From: a virus | Taxonomy: Duplodnaviria; Caudoviricetes | DNA: 64,000 nt | Virus record (IMG/VR): IMGVR_UViG_3300011008_000008 | Strand: one strand, 5' to 3' | Shown: in pieces, positions 19,392 through 31,458 of the stretch | Position numbering within the stretch: position 1 is the first letter of the stretch | Layout: every line of letters starts with the position of its first letter | The notes under the pieces: model-generated | Told to the model about the DNA's origin: nothing | Databases searched by the model: none | Seen by the model: only the letters and a program-made list of their open reading frames with translations | Made by a program: the position numbers and the translations under genes

Positions 19392-19852
19392 TCCGCCGTC
19401 TCCTTTTCAACATCCGCATTCAAAACATTCAATCTGTCATCCTGCGCAAGCAAGCGCATGACTTTCAAGCTGTCGCACTGGATATAGCGATCCTTAATCA
19501 CCTGTAGATCTTCCTTGTTGGGTTTGAAATACTGTTTGCACAACTCAACCACATTGGCAATCGTCGCTTCGATATTATCCGCTTGGATATCCATTCCATA
19601 GACCGAGGCAATGGCTGTTCTATAGTCCTTCTTTGTTTTGCAATTTTCAAATTTTCTGCGTAGAATTTCGAGCACAAATGCGCCCTCTCCACATGATGGT
19701 TCAAGGAAAGTTTTTTCGGGTTGAAATATATCCGGGGCATGTTCTTCCAGCATGTTCAGCATATCATCTACAACCCATTTGGGCGTAAAAATTTCTGTCC
19801 CCGTTCTCTCCCTGCCTGAACTTGAATGCTCACCGGCATCATATATCGCCAT
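19388..19852 (-). CDS. Short N6-adenine MTase-like protein (SAM-binding half only)
   Basis: EIFTP, FLEPSCGEGAF, VYGMDI; no NPPY/DPPY motif. Confidence 0.7.
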   Translation of the reverse strand: MAIYDAGEHSSSGRERTGTEIFTPKWVVDDMLNMLEEHAPDIFQPEKTFLEPSCGEGAFVLEILRRKFENCKTKKDYRTAIASVYGMDIQADNIEATIANVVELCKQYFKPNKEDLQVIKDRYIQCDSLKVMRLLAQDDRLNVLNADVEKETAE

Positions 19853-19857
19853 TTATT

Positions 19858-20430
19858 TCACCGCGCCTTTTTCAGAAATGCTATATCATTATCAATCTTC
19901 CAAGGGTGTCTGATGTCTGATTCTTTTAGTTTTGTCCTTGCAGTAATTAGATTTGCGCATGCAGAATCATAATGTTGTTTACACAGTTTCTTCCCTGGCA
20001 CAGCCTTTTCTCCGCAACATACGCAAAATCCATCAATATGTACCCTTTTTACATACGTCCGCGCATAACGGCGCTTGTCTCTCGCTCTTTTCTTTTTGTG
20101 ACAGTTTTCACAAAGCGCGTGTTTTCCGTCTATTGGCTTGCCGCACTTTGGGCAAAGTCCCTTTTGTTTACGTTCTGCTTTCCGCTTTCTTCCCTCTGCA
20201 GCTATTTTGTCTGGATTATTCTTAGTCCATTGATCGTTATAATCAGCCCTTCGCTGCTGGCATTCCGGACACTGTACAAAACCTATTGCTGCATCCCGCT
20301 TCCCGCATGTGGTACAAATATGGTGCTCCCTACGCCACGCACGCACTTCTTTCCAGTATGCGTTTAGTCTCGCCTTGCGCTTCTCCTTATCCAGCGGCAT
20401 TATCTTTTTCCTCCGGGACTGCGTTTTCAT
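19858..20430 (-). CDS. Basic Cys-rich Zn-ribbon repeat protein
   Basis: Repeated CxxCG...CxxC units. Confidence 0.65.
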   Translation of the reverse strand: MKTQSRRKKIMPLDKEKRKARLNAYWKEVRAWRREHHICTTCGKRDAAIGFVQCPECQQRRADYNDQWTKNNPDKIAAEGRKRKAERKQKGLCPKCGKPIDGKHALCENCHKKKRARDKRRYARTYVKRVHIDGFCVCCGEKAVPGKKLCKQHYDSACANLITARTKLKESDIRHPWKIDNDIAFLKKAR

Positions 20431-21280
20431 TCACATCAATAAAGCCCTCTGGACAATCCTCCCAATCATACCAGGATTCACTTTTTTTCAAAGTGCCATT
20501 CTGGTTTAACTTCGGCGCGTACCTTACCTTTGTACACAGATATTTACCATCTCCCAAGTAAAAGTCCATGTTGATCCTGTTCCTTCTTGGAAAAGCAATT
20601 TCACGAATTGGTCTGCCTTTATATTGTGCTTTAAGTCCAAAATGCACCAGCTCATTTAGCCAATCCTCGTAAGATTTTGTTTTCCATATGGAATATTTGT
20701 GATACGGACATTCCCTATTATGCTCACAATGTTCTTCAAAGTCCATCCAAGTCTCAAAATCTCCATAGATCGGTTTATCCTGCGGCCACTTCGGTTCAAA
20801 GTATTTGCAATAATGCGCACCCACCGGCACATATTCTTCTGTAACCTTGAACTCTATGCCATTGCATTTATCGCATATGCCATAGCTATGATATCCTTCT
20901 GTCCTCGACTTGACATGTTTGCACAAATTACAGTTTGGAATATAACCTTCATCCGCACGGTTAGAATATTCACATCCCTGACAAAGATAGCCGAAATAAC
21001 GTTCGCCGAATTTCTGTTCACAGAGTTTTCGGCCATCCTCGCTATAGGTGAACACATCAAAGATGTTCCATTTACCATCTCTTTCTTCATATCTGCTTTT
21101 GTTTCTGCCGCCGCCCTCAAATACCCAAATATGGCAGCGAACAGTGATGATATCGCCATCTATGGCAACCACTTCTCCATCCTGAACAAAGGTGTCATAC
21201 TCACAGTGCCCCTTCCGGTGGGGGATATAGCATCTATCCCCCACCTTGAAGTTATGATAAATTTCCTGCATGCCAGTCAT
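20387..21280 (-). CDS. Cys-rich hypothetical protein
   Basis: 297-aa ORF with several CxxC. Confidence 0.6.
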   Translation of the reverse strand: MTGMQEIYHNFKVGDRCYIPHRKGHCEYDTFVQDGEVVAIDGDIITVRCHIWVFEGGGRNKSRYEERDGKWNIFDVFTYSEDGRKLCEQKFGERYFGYLCQGCEYSNRADEGYIPNCNLCKHVKSRTEGYHSYGICDKCNGIEFKVTEEYVPVGAHYCKYFEPKWPQDKPIYGDFETWMDFEEHCEHNRECPYHKYSIWKTKSYEDWLNELVHFGLKAQYKGRPIREIAFPRRNRINMDFYLGDGKYLCTKVRYAPKLNQNGTLKKSESWYDWEDCPEGFIDVNENAVPEEKDNAAG

Positions 21281-21282
21281 AC

Positions 21283-23121
21283 TTATTTCCTCTTGTCGAT
21301 CAGCGGCAGCTTGCCCAGCTTTTTGTAATAATCAAAAACAACGTTATACTGACGGGAATCGAAAGAACTATATTTTCCTTTGCGCACCACCACGCCATTA
21401 TCCCGGCTGATTGTCTCATAGAACAGGTCTTCGGACACGTTTTCCAGCCAGCCGTCATAAACCAGCACATCACCATAGATATTCATTCTGTACAACCTGC
21501 GTTTGTTTTCCGGCCTAATGATCAACTCAACCGCATCTTCGTATTGCGCGTAACGCTCACATTTGAAGCTGTCGAATGTTGCGCGGGTCATATGTACACC
21601 GCCAATCATACAATCCATTTGAATAATAGTAATGCGCTGTCCGTTCTTCAAACCAGCACGTTTAAACTGCGCCTGAATCTTATTCATTTCAGTATAAACG
21701 TAATAATATGCCCGTTTTACATCCTCGTAGTCACCGTCAATCGCTCGAATCATATCAGTATTCAAGCTGATATTGTGGTCACAAATGTATTCTTTTAGTG
21801 CTTTCTTATATGTGCCGAATCCATCTTCCTTCCAGGTCTGCATGAGCTGATTATCTTCAATCACCTTTGCACTGACATCAATCAGAACTTCCGCCGAATT
21901 TTTGAACGCCTCATTTTCAGCTTCGGTAATAACCTGTTCGCTCTCATGGCCTCCTTCAAACATGGTTACATCATCGAAGAAGTAAACATAGCGGCAATAG
22001 CTGTAGCCCTGGGCATCCACGACACACATTGGCACGCCATCGCAGAAAATCGCAACGCAATTATCGCTGTACCATTCAACTGTTTTGCGTTCTTCGGCAT
22101 TCATCATGTCATAATCAAGCATGGAATTGATACGCCAGTCATCCGTATTGCTTCCGCCAGTCCCGTTGACAAAATCCCAATCCTCCATGAAATGACTTGC
22201 AAAGAAATCATACTGCTCTTTATTCATGTGAACTTCCTTGGAAACCTTACAAACGTAACGCTTGGCATCTTCGCATTCCTTATACTCCTCGGCGGTGTTC
22301 AGCTTGCTATAGCAAGGATCAACCAAATCCCGGCAGAAATAATCGACATCCTTAATGGTCACGGAAGCCTGAATGCTATTGATCATCGCTTCTTCAACCT
22401 TGCGCTGTTCCTCAGCCTTTGCTCGTTCGATTGCTTCACGCTTGGCGCGTTCTTCGCACTCTTTCAGGAACCGTTCACGCGCGGCAGCTTCAAAAACCGC
22501 CTTATCCTTCTGGAAATCTTCGCACATGTTCGCAATAGATACGCTCATTTCGGTCTGCTTATAATCCCACGAAATATCACATTTAGAGAAATAGAAATTA
22601 TAAGAAGAACCATAATCGCCATAGGGATCATATTCAATGCAATACTTATAGCTGAAAATATATCCGGTAACGTAATCACGAATCGCTTCCAGTTCGTCGC
22701 TCTCCTTTTCAAAGGGCGAAGCCTTGATCTCGGCATCAATAGAATTGTAATCGCTGGTGATGGAAAATTTGCACATCGGGAACCGCTGCTTGATATGCTG
22801 GCGAATCTCCATTGCCATTTCCTTGGTGTGCTTGCTTTTGTCAACATGGTTTTCAATGCCATCCGTCCGAGTAAGCTCCCAGAGTCCCAAATACTTTTTT
22901 GTCTTATTTTCTACACTAAAAAAATTAGCGCCATCAGCATTCAGGGAATTGGCAACACCAATAGTCTTTTCATTCTGCCGCGCATACCACATCTTCTGTC
23001 GATTGCTCCACTTGAATCCGTTCATCTTCAGCATGTCCATGATTGCGCCATCCGGCTTCGCATTGAAACGCAGTTCGATTCCATTCTTCTCGGCGTTCAT
23101 CGTGATATTGATGTTGCTCAT
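21283..23121 (-). CDS. Large polyvalent protein with LPD29-like domain
   Basis: KEMAMEIRQHIKQRFPMCKFSITSDYNSI; N-terminal GIELRF..KP...LK.NGFKWS...WYA module; own promoter 23152-23180. Confidence 0.65.
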   Translation of the reverse strand: MSNINITMNAEKNGIELRFNAKPDGAIMDMLKMNGFKWSNRQKMWYARQNEKTIGVANSLNADGANFFSVENKTKKYLGLWELTRTDGIENHVDKSKHTKEMAMEIRQHIKQRFPMCKFSITSDYNSIDAEIKASPFEKESDELEAIRDYVTGYIFSYKYCIEYDPYGDYGSSYNFYFSKCDISWDYKQTEMSVSIANMCEDFQKDKAVFEAAARERFLKECEERAKREAIERAKAEEQRKVEEAMINSIQASVTIKDVDYFCRDLVDPCYSKLNTAEEYKECEDAKRYVCKVSKEVHMNKEQYDFFASHFMEDWDFVNGTGGSNTDDWRINSMLDYDMMNAEERKTVEWYSDNCVAIFCDGVPMCVVDAQGYSYCRYVYFFDDVTMFEGGHESEQVITEAENEAFKNSAEVLIDVSAKVIEDNQLMQTWKEDGFGTYKKALKEYICDHNISLNTDMIRAIDGDYEDVKRAYYYVYTEMNKIQAQFKRAGLKNGQRITIIQMDCMIGGVHMTRATFDSFKCERYAQYEDAVELIIRPENKRRLYRMNIYGDVLVYDGWLENVSEDLFYETISRDNGVVVRKGKYSSFDSRQYNVVFDYYKKLGKLPLIDKRK

Positions 23122-23420
23122 GGTTTATTCTCCCTTCAAATTTCTAAATGTATTATAGCACACGGTTAAACTAATGTCAATACTTCGTTGTCTTATTTTA
23201 TTAAATAAATTTTTAGGTGTGTTATTTACTCCACACCTTTAAAACGTTGTACTCAGTGCTAACCAGCTTTCCGTCTGCATCGCAATCCGCATAGAACAGC
23301 ATAACGCTTTCGCCACTGCTCAATCCCCTGGCCAATTCCTCCGCCTTTTCCATGGCGACATCCTTGCTGTTGTACACTACGATGCTATCCTTATCCTTGG
23401 TGATATGTTCCACGCCATAC

Positions 23421-23789
23421 TTAATCATTATACAATTCCTCCAATTCAGTAATTTTCTTGTCTAACCGTTCGCTGGTTTCCTCGTCTAACCATGTGCTAT
23501 TTTCATCAAAGAAGCATTCAAACGGAATATCAAAGACATCCGCTATCTGCAACAACTTGATCATGGGAATCTTGGTCGGTCTGGATGAATTATGCCACGC
23601 TATCACAGTGTTATAGGCTGACTTCGTAATAGCCGCAATGATAATAATACGCTTACTGCCATGTTCATTTTTAAACTTATAGTGCGTATTGAACAGCGCA
23701 TAGATATTATTATAAATCACCGACTTATCTACGCTCTCGTACCGGTTGATTATGTCAATCAGTTCTTTATTGGATATAGCCATCAACAT
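23421..23789 (-). CDS. XRE-like HTH protein
   Basis: AAITKSAYNTVIAW...IPMIKLLQIADVFDIPFECFF. Confidence 0.55.
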   Translation of the reverse strand: MLMAISNKELIDIINRYESVDKSVIYNNIYALFNTHYKFKNEHGSKRIIIIAAITKSAYNTVIAWHNSSRPTKIPMIKLLQIADVFDIPFECFFDENSTWLDEETSERLDKKITELEELYND

Positions 23790-24406
23790 ACCACCTATCT
23801 AAATAATAGTTTCTGTAATTTAGTTACAGTTAAATGATACCATAAGCGAAATGGTTTGTCAATCTGCTGGTTATCCCGCTTCTCGCATGCGCATCTTAAA
23901 CGCCTTGACATTGACTTCCTTCTCGTTTTCATCCGCCCACATCAGCGTGCCGATGGAACCGCAAGACGGGCAATCCTCAATCCCACACTTAACCAACATC
24001 AGCTTGCCGCAATCGCAGCATTTTACATAATCGCCAATTTCCATATGCTTCGGAACAAAAATCTTTACCTTCATCTTTTCCTCTCCTATTTGCTAAATTC
24101 GTCTATGTATTTTTCAATTTCATACGTTTTGTCAAGCGCATTGAATACCTTTTGTGAATCCCTGGGAAAGTGGTTTAAATAGCCGTTCAATTCTTTCCTC
24201 ATCTGTTCAAGCAACTGCCCAATATGATAACTCATAGCGCCTATAACTTCTTCCACCATGATCTCATTATCATCATAGATATCCTGCACAGCTTCCCGCG
24301 CTTCAAGTCCAAGCTCTCGATCAATCAAATCAATGAAATCTCTATCACTTGAAATATACTCGCGCCTACCATCCCTTAAAGTTATTACCGTTTTCATAGC
24401 GTCTCC

Positions 24407-24952
24407 TTATGACCAGTCTATAAAGTCTCGCCTGTAATCCTTGACCGGATAATCCTTGATCCTCTCCCATTCGTCCAACGCCACCCGCCTGTCAAGCGTA
24501 CAGAATATTAGATTGTCGGGGCGAAAACTGTTGCGCTCATAGATCGCATATCGGTTTCCGCGAAATGGGTTCGCTTCATAGCGCATATACCGCTTATCAT
24601 TGCTGTATTGCTTTTCTATATCCTCCCTCTTTTTCTGCTCTCTGGATATCATCTTTCTGTATTCCAAACTGTTATGTGCGCCGACAAACATCTCTTTTGC
24701 CCAAACGCTGGCATCAATCGGTGGCTTGAGATGATAAACCATGACGCAAATACAACTGTACGTCCTGGAAATCAAATCACGTATCTCTCTTTCATCATTC
24801 GTAAAGTCTGACAACGCAAAGCCTATTTCCCTCGCAAGCCTTTTGGCTCCACCCGTGCCATCATACATTCCGCCAGGTTGACAGTGCCTATAGGCAGAAT
24901 CACGGAGGCGTGATACATAATCGTTGAATTGATCAAGTACCTTCTGCTGCAT
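24407..24952 (-). CDS. Hypothetical protein
   Basis: First ORF behind promoter cassette 24970-25034. Confidence 0.6.
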   Translation of the reverse strand: MQQKVLDQFNDYVSRLRDSAYRHCQPGGMYDGTGGAKRLAREIGFALSDFTNDEREIRDLISRTYSCICVMVYHLKPPIDASVWAKEMFVGAHNSLEYRKMISREQKKREDIEKQYSNDKRYMRYEANPFRGNRYAIYERNSFRPDNLIFCTLDRRVALDEWERIKDYPVKDYRRDFIDWS

Positions 24953-25749
24953 GTTTTCATCCCTTTCTATGTCCTTTTGACAGATATATTATAGCTCCAG
25001 CAATTCGCATTGTCAATATCTTTTTGTCTTATTTAATAAAATTATTTTCTGGCATTTTTAAAAACATAACCGATCTGGAAATTAGTTGTTTTCAAATATG
25101 ATGAATTATTGCGCATAGAAAAGCTGCCGGAATGTTCCGACAGCTCTATAATCAGTACCGGCTTATCTCATTATCTGTTTCATCGTATACAAACTGCTGC
25201 ATCTCATGGTAAATGGCATTTACTCTCTCCTGGATAAGCAGTTTTGCCATATCTACAGCTTCATCAAAGTTCTCCGTATGAAGATCAATACCGTCTATAT
25301 TAAGCGGGTGGCAGGTTAAAAATAGCATATCCCCCAGGCCAACCAGCTTATGAATACAGACTCGCAGCTTGTTATCTGCCAAGTTGTAAATATCTCCGCG
25401 CTTGTTTACTGTCCACTTCATCGCTTTTACCCTCCACTTGATCATTATAACATCCGTATTATTGTTTTGCAATATTGATTATTCTATTATGCCACTTTCT
25501 CCACAGTCGCATTATCAAAATCAATCAACCGGGTATACGCCATCAGCCGCTTCATCAAATCAAGCGCCATATACTTATATTGAAACGCTATATTTCTCAC
25601 GTTCCCGTCGATATCAATCCTCAACATGTGCAAATTGTCCTTTTCTTCGTATTTTACATTAATATACTTCATTTTGCAATTCTCCGTTGTCTCAAAACCC
25701 TCTAAATAAGAGGGTTTTTCTGTCAATGAAATAGTCTTTTTATCGACGC

Positions 25750-26391
25750 CTAAGAAATTCCAGTCAGCGCGTCACGTTTCTCCCTTGATCGCAGCACAAA
25801 CGCCCTATAATCGTCGTATGTATCAAAGTTGATATACTTCATTTCCTGAACATCCAGGCATCGCTCGCCCCTCGCCAGCTCGTAAGCATTCGCGGATAGC
25901 AGAATATAGAACGTCCGATTGCTTTCCTGCTCCTGCAGGAAGTTAAAGAAGTCCTTCATCTCAATTACATTGTCGATTGAATAACCGGAATCCATCGCAT
26001 CCAGCAAAAGCCATACCTCTTTTGCTTCGCTTCTGCGAATCTGCTTTCCAATATCCGAAACCAGCGTACCCAGGTTTTCAGACATGGCCTCACCCTCAGA
26101 TCCAAGGGTTAGCCGCGCCAGCCTATCATATCTTCCTTCCAGCGTAGCCCTATCCCGCGCCATGATCCCACCGTCATGCAGATTGCTATAATTGATAATA
26201 AGTGCGTCCTTCTTTTTGCTTATCAAATCATTGCACATTCTCAGGAATGTGGTTTTCCCGCAGCCATTGCACCCCACCAGCGCAGTCAACCCAGGTTGAA
26301 TCGTTACGGTGTTCTTCGCATATAGAGAATATCCAACGCCATAGTAATCTTTGAACAGCTTCAGCTTCTTTCCTTCCATATCATCCTCCAC
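25750..26391 (-). CDS. ABC/AAA-type ATPase
   Basis: Walker A GCNGCGKTT; SEGE signature variant; Walker B-like LLLDAMDSG. Confidence 0.8.
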   Translation of the reverse strand: MEDDMEGKKLKLFKDYYGVGYSLYAKNTVTIQPGLTALVGCNGCGKTTFLRMCNDLISKKKDALIINYSNLHDGGIMARDRATLEGRYDRLARLTLGSEGEAMSENLGTLVSDIGKQIRRSEAKEVWLLLDAMDSGYSIDNVIEMKDFFNFLQEQESNRTFYILLSANAYELARGERCLDVQEMKYINFDTYDDYRAFVLRSREKRDALTGIS

Positions 26392-26431
26392 AATAAAATC
26401 TCATATCGAAAAACAAATAATCTTCAAACTG

Positions 26432-26875
26432 CTATATGGTCAACGTAGCATTCTGCATATATTCAGCATAGTATTTTGAATAGTCATTGCCAGTCGCTGT
26501 ATGCACATTACACCCAACGCCCTGCAATATCCCCGCAATGATCGATCTGTGACACAGATTTTCCTCCTTGCAGAAACACACCAGTGCAATACTCCTACCC
26601 GCCTTATCCTTCTTGTATAACTCGTTTAGCTTTTCCCTCGCAGCTTCGCTCCTCATTTCCTTCAGAAATACCGGCAGATATTCACTCCTGAACGTTTCTT
26701 CGTTCCATCGTCCATCCAGTTTTAGCTTGTTGAATTTGCCCCATAATTTCTGGCTCGGTGATAAATCCACCACCTGATTAATCCAAGGCGATTTTCCCCT
26801 ATAAAACCTGACTATAGCCCACACCTCGTTAAACTGCCCCTCTGATACATCTCTAATATTACAAATGGAAATCAC
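26432..26875 (-). CDS. DUF488-like protein
   Basis: LSPS..L...F...Y...F..EM; IALVCFCKEENLCHRSIIA. Confidence 0.7.
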   Translation of the reverse strand: MISICNIRDVSEGQFNEVWAIVRFYRGKSPWINQVVDLSPSQKLWGKFNKLKLDGRWNEETFRSEYLPVFLKEMRSEAAREKLNELYKKDKAGRSIALVCFCKEENLCHRSIIAGILQGVGCNVHTATGNDYSKYYAEYMQNATLTI

Positions 26876-28566
26876 TGTTTTTTAGCCTCCCCATTGACAT
26901 ATGCTTCCAACTCTATCCTGGCAATATCTTCAATGTTTTTATAGTTTGCAACCTTGAAAGTTCCATATTCATTATTTCCAAACAATAACATGTTTTGATT
27001 ATAACGATCACGACACATGAAACACTTGAAGCCATTCCCATCATAGAAAACCAAATCTCCGAATCTCTCCATGCTCACACTCTTTTCTCAATATTCAAAA
27101 ACAAAAACTATTTAGCAGCATAGTACACTTCTGCCGGAACATGATAAATCCAATCGCCACTTCTGACCAGCATGGCATCCATACCATAATACAGCTTCTT
27201 CATGCCATAGATACTCCCGCTTTTATGGAAGTTTGGGTATTGTGAAAGATTATATTTCTCTCCCTGCTTTTTGCTCATGTAACGCACCCTCACGCCATCA
27301 TCTCCCTTTTCATTTTCTTATACTCGTTATCCATTTCATCCAGATATTCAAGGTATTTCTGCCGATCTCTGAATACCTTCACCTTGCGTCCTCCAGTCCT
27401 GGCTTGCCGGATTGCATTCTCTGCATACTGTTCATCAATTATGGTTACGCTGCCGCTTTGATGGATGATATACACATCATTTTCCATATGCGTTCTCCTT
27501 AAAGTCTGCATTATCTATCATCAATACATTTTTGTCTTATTTATTCATTCAAAAAAATATCCTTGAATGACGGTTTGAGTTTCCTCACCACTTTGACCGT
27601 GCCTTTGATATAATTATCGTCATGAAGCGACGCAATATACTGACTGCCAACTTCAATTGCTTCTTCTCTATTCTTCGCCGTTGCCATAAATCGCTTTGTG
27701 CCATAGAAATAATGTCCAACTTCCATCAAATACTCGTGCATCTATTTCCCTCTCCCTTCCTTTTCTTCCAACGCATCCAACGCCATACGCAGCAGCTTGA
27801 TTTGCCCCGGCTCCATGTAGTGCGTTATTTCACAAGCCCTTAGAAAATAACGCATAGCATTGATCTGTTCGCCAATTGTCATTTCACTATAGTTTTTCAT
27901 GCCTAATCCCTCCAGTCATTCAATTATTTCTACGTTGTTCAACGCTGTCCAGTACACATTGCCGTCTGTGTCCTTGATACCGATTCTCACGCTCGTATAT
28001 ATTCCCCACGGATCGCCATATTTGCTATTGTCATATGATCCCATCCAGAAACATTCGCCAAATGTTCCATGCGGAACCTTGCGCCCCTTGACCACCCTGA
28101 CCATCTTGTGGTAAAACTTCTTGACATCATTGATTAAAGCCACCGCTTTATAATTTCCAGTCGAAGCCATATGAAACGCCATCTTGTCAAGCTGCTCAGT
28201 GCTGCACTTGCTCAATTCCTTCATGGTCATAGCTGCTTACCTCTCCATCCATCTTTAATGTCAAATACCAGGAAGTTGCAGTTTTCCATTCCATCGTGTT
28301 CCCATCAAGAGTCTGGCTTATATCGGAATGAATGGAAAACTTTACTCCGTTCAATTCGACTGTATCATTATCAATTTGACCGAAACCTTTATCAAGAAGA
28401 TGTTTCAAATATTCTTCCTTCATTGCCACGCCTCCATCCCATGACTGAAAATTTCCATGTCCTCTTGACAGTTATATATTACCACAGTTAACATGTATTG
28501 TCAATACTTTTCTGTCTTATTTTATATGATAATTTAACTTCGTTTTCAAATATCATATTTTCTTGT

Positions 28567-28606
28567 TTATGAATGACTTGCCCGCGTATAATGCCCACGG
28601 GCGGGC
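28567..28606. repeat. 40-bp GC-rich hairpin repeat, copy 1
   Basis: 38/40 identical to 37981-38020. Confidence 0.85.
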
Positions 28607-28884
28607 GGCATGTCAGTGTTCTAATGACTCTGCTTCGGATAGATATTTTGCTTCGGATAGATAGTCGTTAAGTTCCTCAAAGAGTTCGACGGCGTTATCC
28701 AGCGCGTCAATCTCCACACCTATTACCTTACCGCGCTCACTTTTCTGAAAACTCTCCGGCATATTGTCATAGGATTTAAATTCTTCGTTTAGGATCAATT
28801 CAATCTCCCGCTTATATTCCTTCAACTTTGATTGCACTTCCGCGATGCGGTTCATATAAGCCTTATTCATGTGTTACATCCTTT

Positions 28885-29310
28885 CTACTGCCCCTTGTTC
28901 ATATTGTCCGGGTTACTCGGCAATTCACGACACCACATCAAGAGCTTGATCAACTCCATGGCCTTTTCCCTCTCAAAGTCCTTGCGGTTCAGCTTCGCGT
29001 CGTAGAAATGCCAGATAGCATGTTTTCCCCTATTGTACTTAAACCCATCCGGCATCTCCGAATTAATGATCGTAGGATAATCCATCCTCAAACAAATGGC
29101 GGTGTTTGAACCTGGTTTGCCGGTGTAGTGTCCCTCGCAGCTTCCAGTCGTTACATACCCTTTTTCATTCAGGATTCTAACATGATCCTGTATTCGTTCG
29201 TCAATGTACAGCAATTCCCACGGCGGGAAATAATCACATGTACATTCGTACAGCTTGTGAAAACACTGAGGGCATACAAAATTCATGTACGCCGCCTTAC
29301 TTCTCCGCAT
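28885..29310 (-). CDS. Hypothetical protein with Zn-ribbon and LNEKGYVTTGSCEGH motif
   Basis: CPQC...C.C; SCEGH. Confidence 0.6.
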   Translation of the reverse strand: MRRSKAAYMNFVCPQCFHKLYECTCDYFPPWELLYIDERIQDHVRILNEKGYVTTGSCEGHYTGKPGSNTAICLRMDYPTIINSEMPDGFKYNRGKHAIWHFYDAKLNRKDFEREKAMELIKLLMWCRELPSNPDNMNKGQ

Positions 29311-29663
29311 ATACTCGCCCTCCTATTTAAATTCATCCTCGGCAATACAGGTATTGATCAAAAGAATACTTTCTTTAGTTTTCGTATCATAAATTGCCTT
29401 TAAGCCTATGCACTCTGAATCGAACGCACGCACTGTTTCAAATCCTTCAAGTGCATAATTTCGTTCGCAATATTTCCCATCAAAAAGAACTCTTGCGCCA
29501 ATTATAGGATCATCTTTTACAGCCCATAGGTTTGAAGCCACATGCCTATTTGAATAATCCACTATCCTTATGTGTTGATCACCAGATAATGTATAACATA
29601 TCGTCTGAACGGCGACTTTATTCGCAATTCTTTTCATAATACGATTACCTCCGATCCGTCGTA

Positions 29664-30116
29664 CTAAACAATCCTCTGCTTATAGTCTGATTTCACATAC
29701 GATTCAGCCACCGCATCATAAAGATAGTTTACATCAATTCCATTCTCCTGGCAACCCCTTTGGATGATGTCAAAATAATTTTGATAGGGCGGTTCATAGC
29801 CTTTCCTGTCCTTCGCCATGACATAGGCGATGCACGATTCAACCCTGCCGTTTTCCAGCCAGGTCTCCACTTCCTCCTTGACATAATACCGAGGATAACC
29901 CTCGTACCTGTCAAGCATTTTCCAATCCTCCGGCGCAATTTCCCAGACTACGACGGGAACAGTATCTTCGACATTTTCAGTGGGAATAATATCAGCATGG
30001 ACATTAAACACCAACTTCCAGCCATACAACAGACCATTGCAAACAACCTTGGAATTGGGGCAACGATACGCCATCTGCTCCAGATTCATATTAGAACCAT
30101 ACGCAATATACTTCAT
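29664..30116 (-). CDS. Gamma-glutamylcyclotransferase (AIG2-like) family protein
   Basis: YIAYGSNMN..QM..RCP, LDRYEGYP; start re-set to MKYIAY after GGAGG. Confidence 0.85.
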   Translation of the reverse strand: MKYIAYGSNMNLEQMAYRCPNSKVVCNGLLYGWKLVFNVHADIIPTENVEDTVPVVVWEIAPEDWKMLDRYEGYPRYYVKEEVETWLENGRVESCIAYVMAKDRKGYEPPYQNYFDIIQRGCQENGIDVNYLYDAVAESYVKSDYKQRIV

Positions 30117-31458
30117 TTGATTTCCTCCATTCGCTTTAATATCCATAATGCACAACTTCCAGGTTACGCCATTCATCGGAACAAAACCCCGTCAACATTC
30201 CATACAACGGTATTATGCGACGATAATATTTATAATCATCATTTCTATTCTCGTCAATCCAACTGATAATATCCTTGGCACTGGCAGATTTGCAATGTTC
30301 CCCGTAGCAGTCTGTGTCGGTATCTTTGGTACATTCGTAACCATCCGGCGTTACTCCGCCACTAACGCCATACAGCTTATAGTCGATTTCCTTCTGAAAT
30401 ATTTTCTCAAATCCTGCTGGCATCCTCTCGCAATTAAATTCCGCAATGATTACTGGAATTACTTTCTTCCTGCTTAATGATCTGTTCGCATCCACAAAAT
30501 AAAGTCTGCTACAATACGCCATCCTTAACGCCCCTTTCTTTCAATGTCCTCTTGACAGTTATAATAATACCACATAATAAATGTGTTGTCAATAGGTTTT
30601 TGTCTTATTTATAAAATAAATTTAATCCTGTTTTTAAATATGGATTTTTCCTGTTCAACTACGATCTGCGAATCATTTTGCAAAATGAAGATTATCTGCT
30701 TTAAATTGAGCTAATTGTTTTTATTTTTGAAAACCGAATTTTCCTGACCGGCAGAACGGATTAACCGTCTGCCAATTCAAACCGCCATCTGTTCCGCTTT
30801 ACCACTATTTTGTTATCGGAATATCTGTTCGTTTTCGTGTTATATGCCCTCAAATCATTTGTAATAACGTAGTTTTCGGAGTAATAATACTTGTTGATCA
30901 TTCTCTCCAAATCTTCTTTGCTTCCGGCGCTGCAAATCAAATTTCCTTTCACGGCTTTTCCTCCTTCTCAACATTGCGGATTCTGTGCTAACCATTCCTG
31001 CTTCGGTAGGATGATCTGAATGCGTTTTTCAATGCTCAGCCCCTGTGGTGACGCCTCAAAGTCTGTAAAAATGTTTCTCGCCAACCGTTCGGATTCGTCG
31101 AAACTGTACCCCTTGCACTCAATCTTTTTGATTACGGCCATAAGATTGTGATAGGTCAATCTTTTCATCGCCATGTGCGCTCCCCCTTTTCATATCGCCT
31201 TAATTACACGCTCTCGCGCTACTTCCAGAACGTTCGTCATATTTCTGATTTCCTGCATACAATCGTCCAAACCAAATTCATGATAAAGGATTTGCGCACA
31301 CATCCTGGCGCGGCCATAATATTCAGAAGCGGTGCTTAGGCTTCTGATACATTCCTTTTCGTCAACCCATTTTCCAATATCCTGCCCCGCCATCCTAACC
31401 CAATGCAAGAATAAACCACGGTTATACTCATAAGATTTTATAATATTCTCCTGCATGT

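Noticed and set aside
21946-23169. Long plus-strand ORFs (also 44418-45335, 35773-36450, 41954-42688)
   Set aside because: Antisense shadows of well-supported minus-strand genes, with no RBS or motifs
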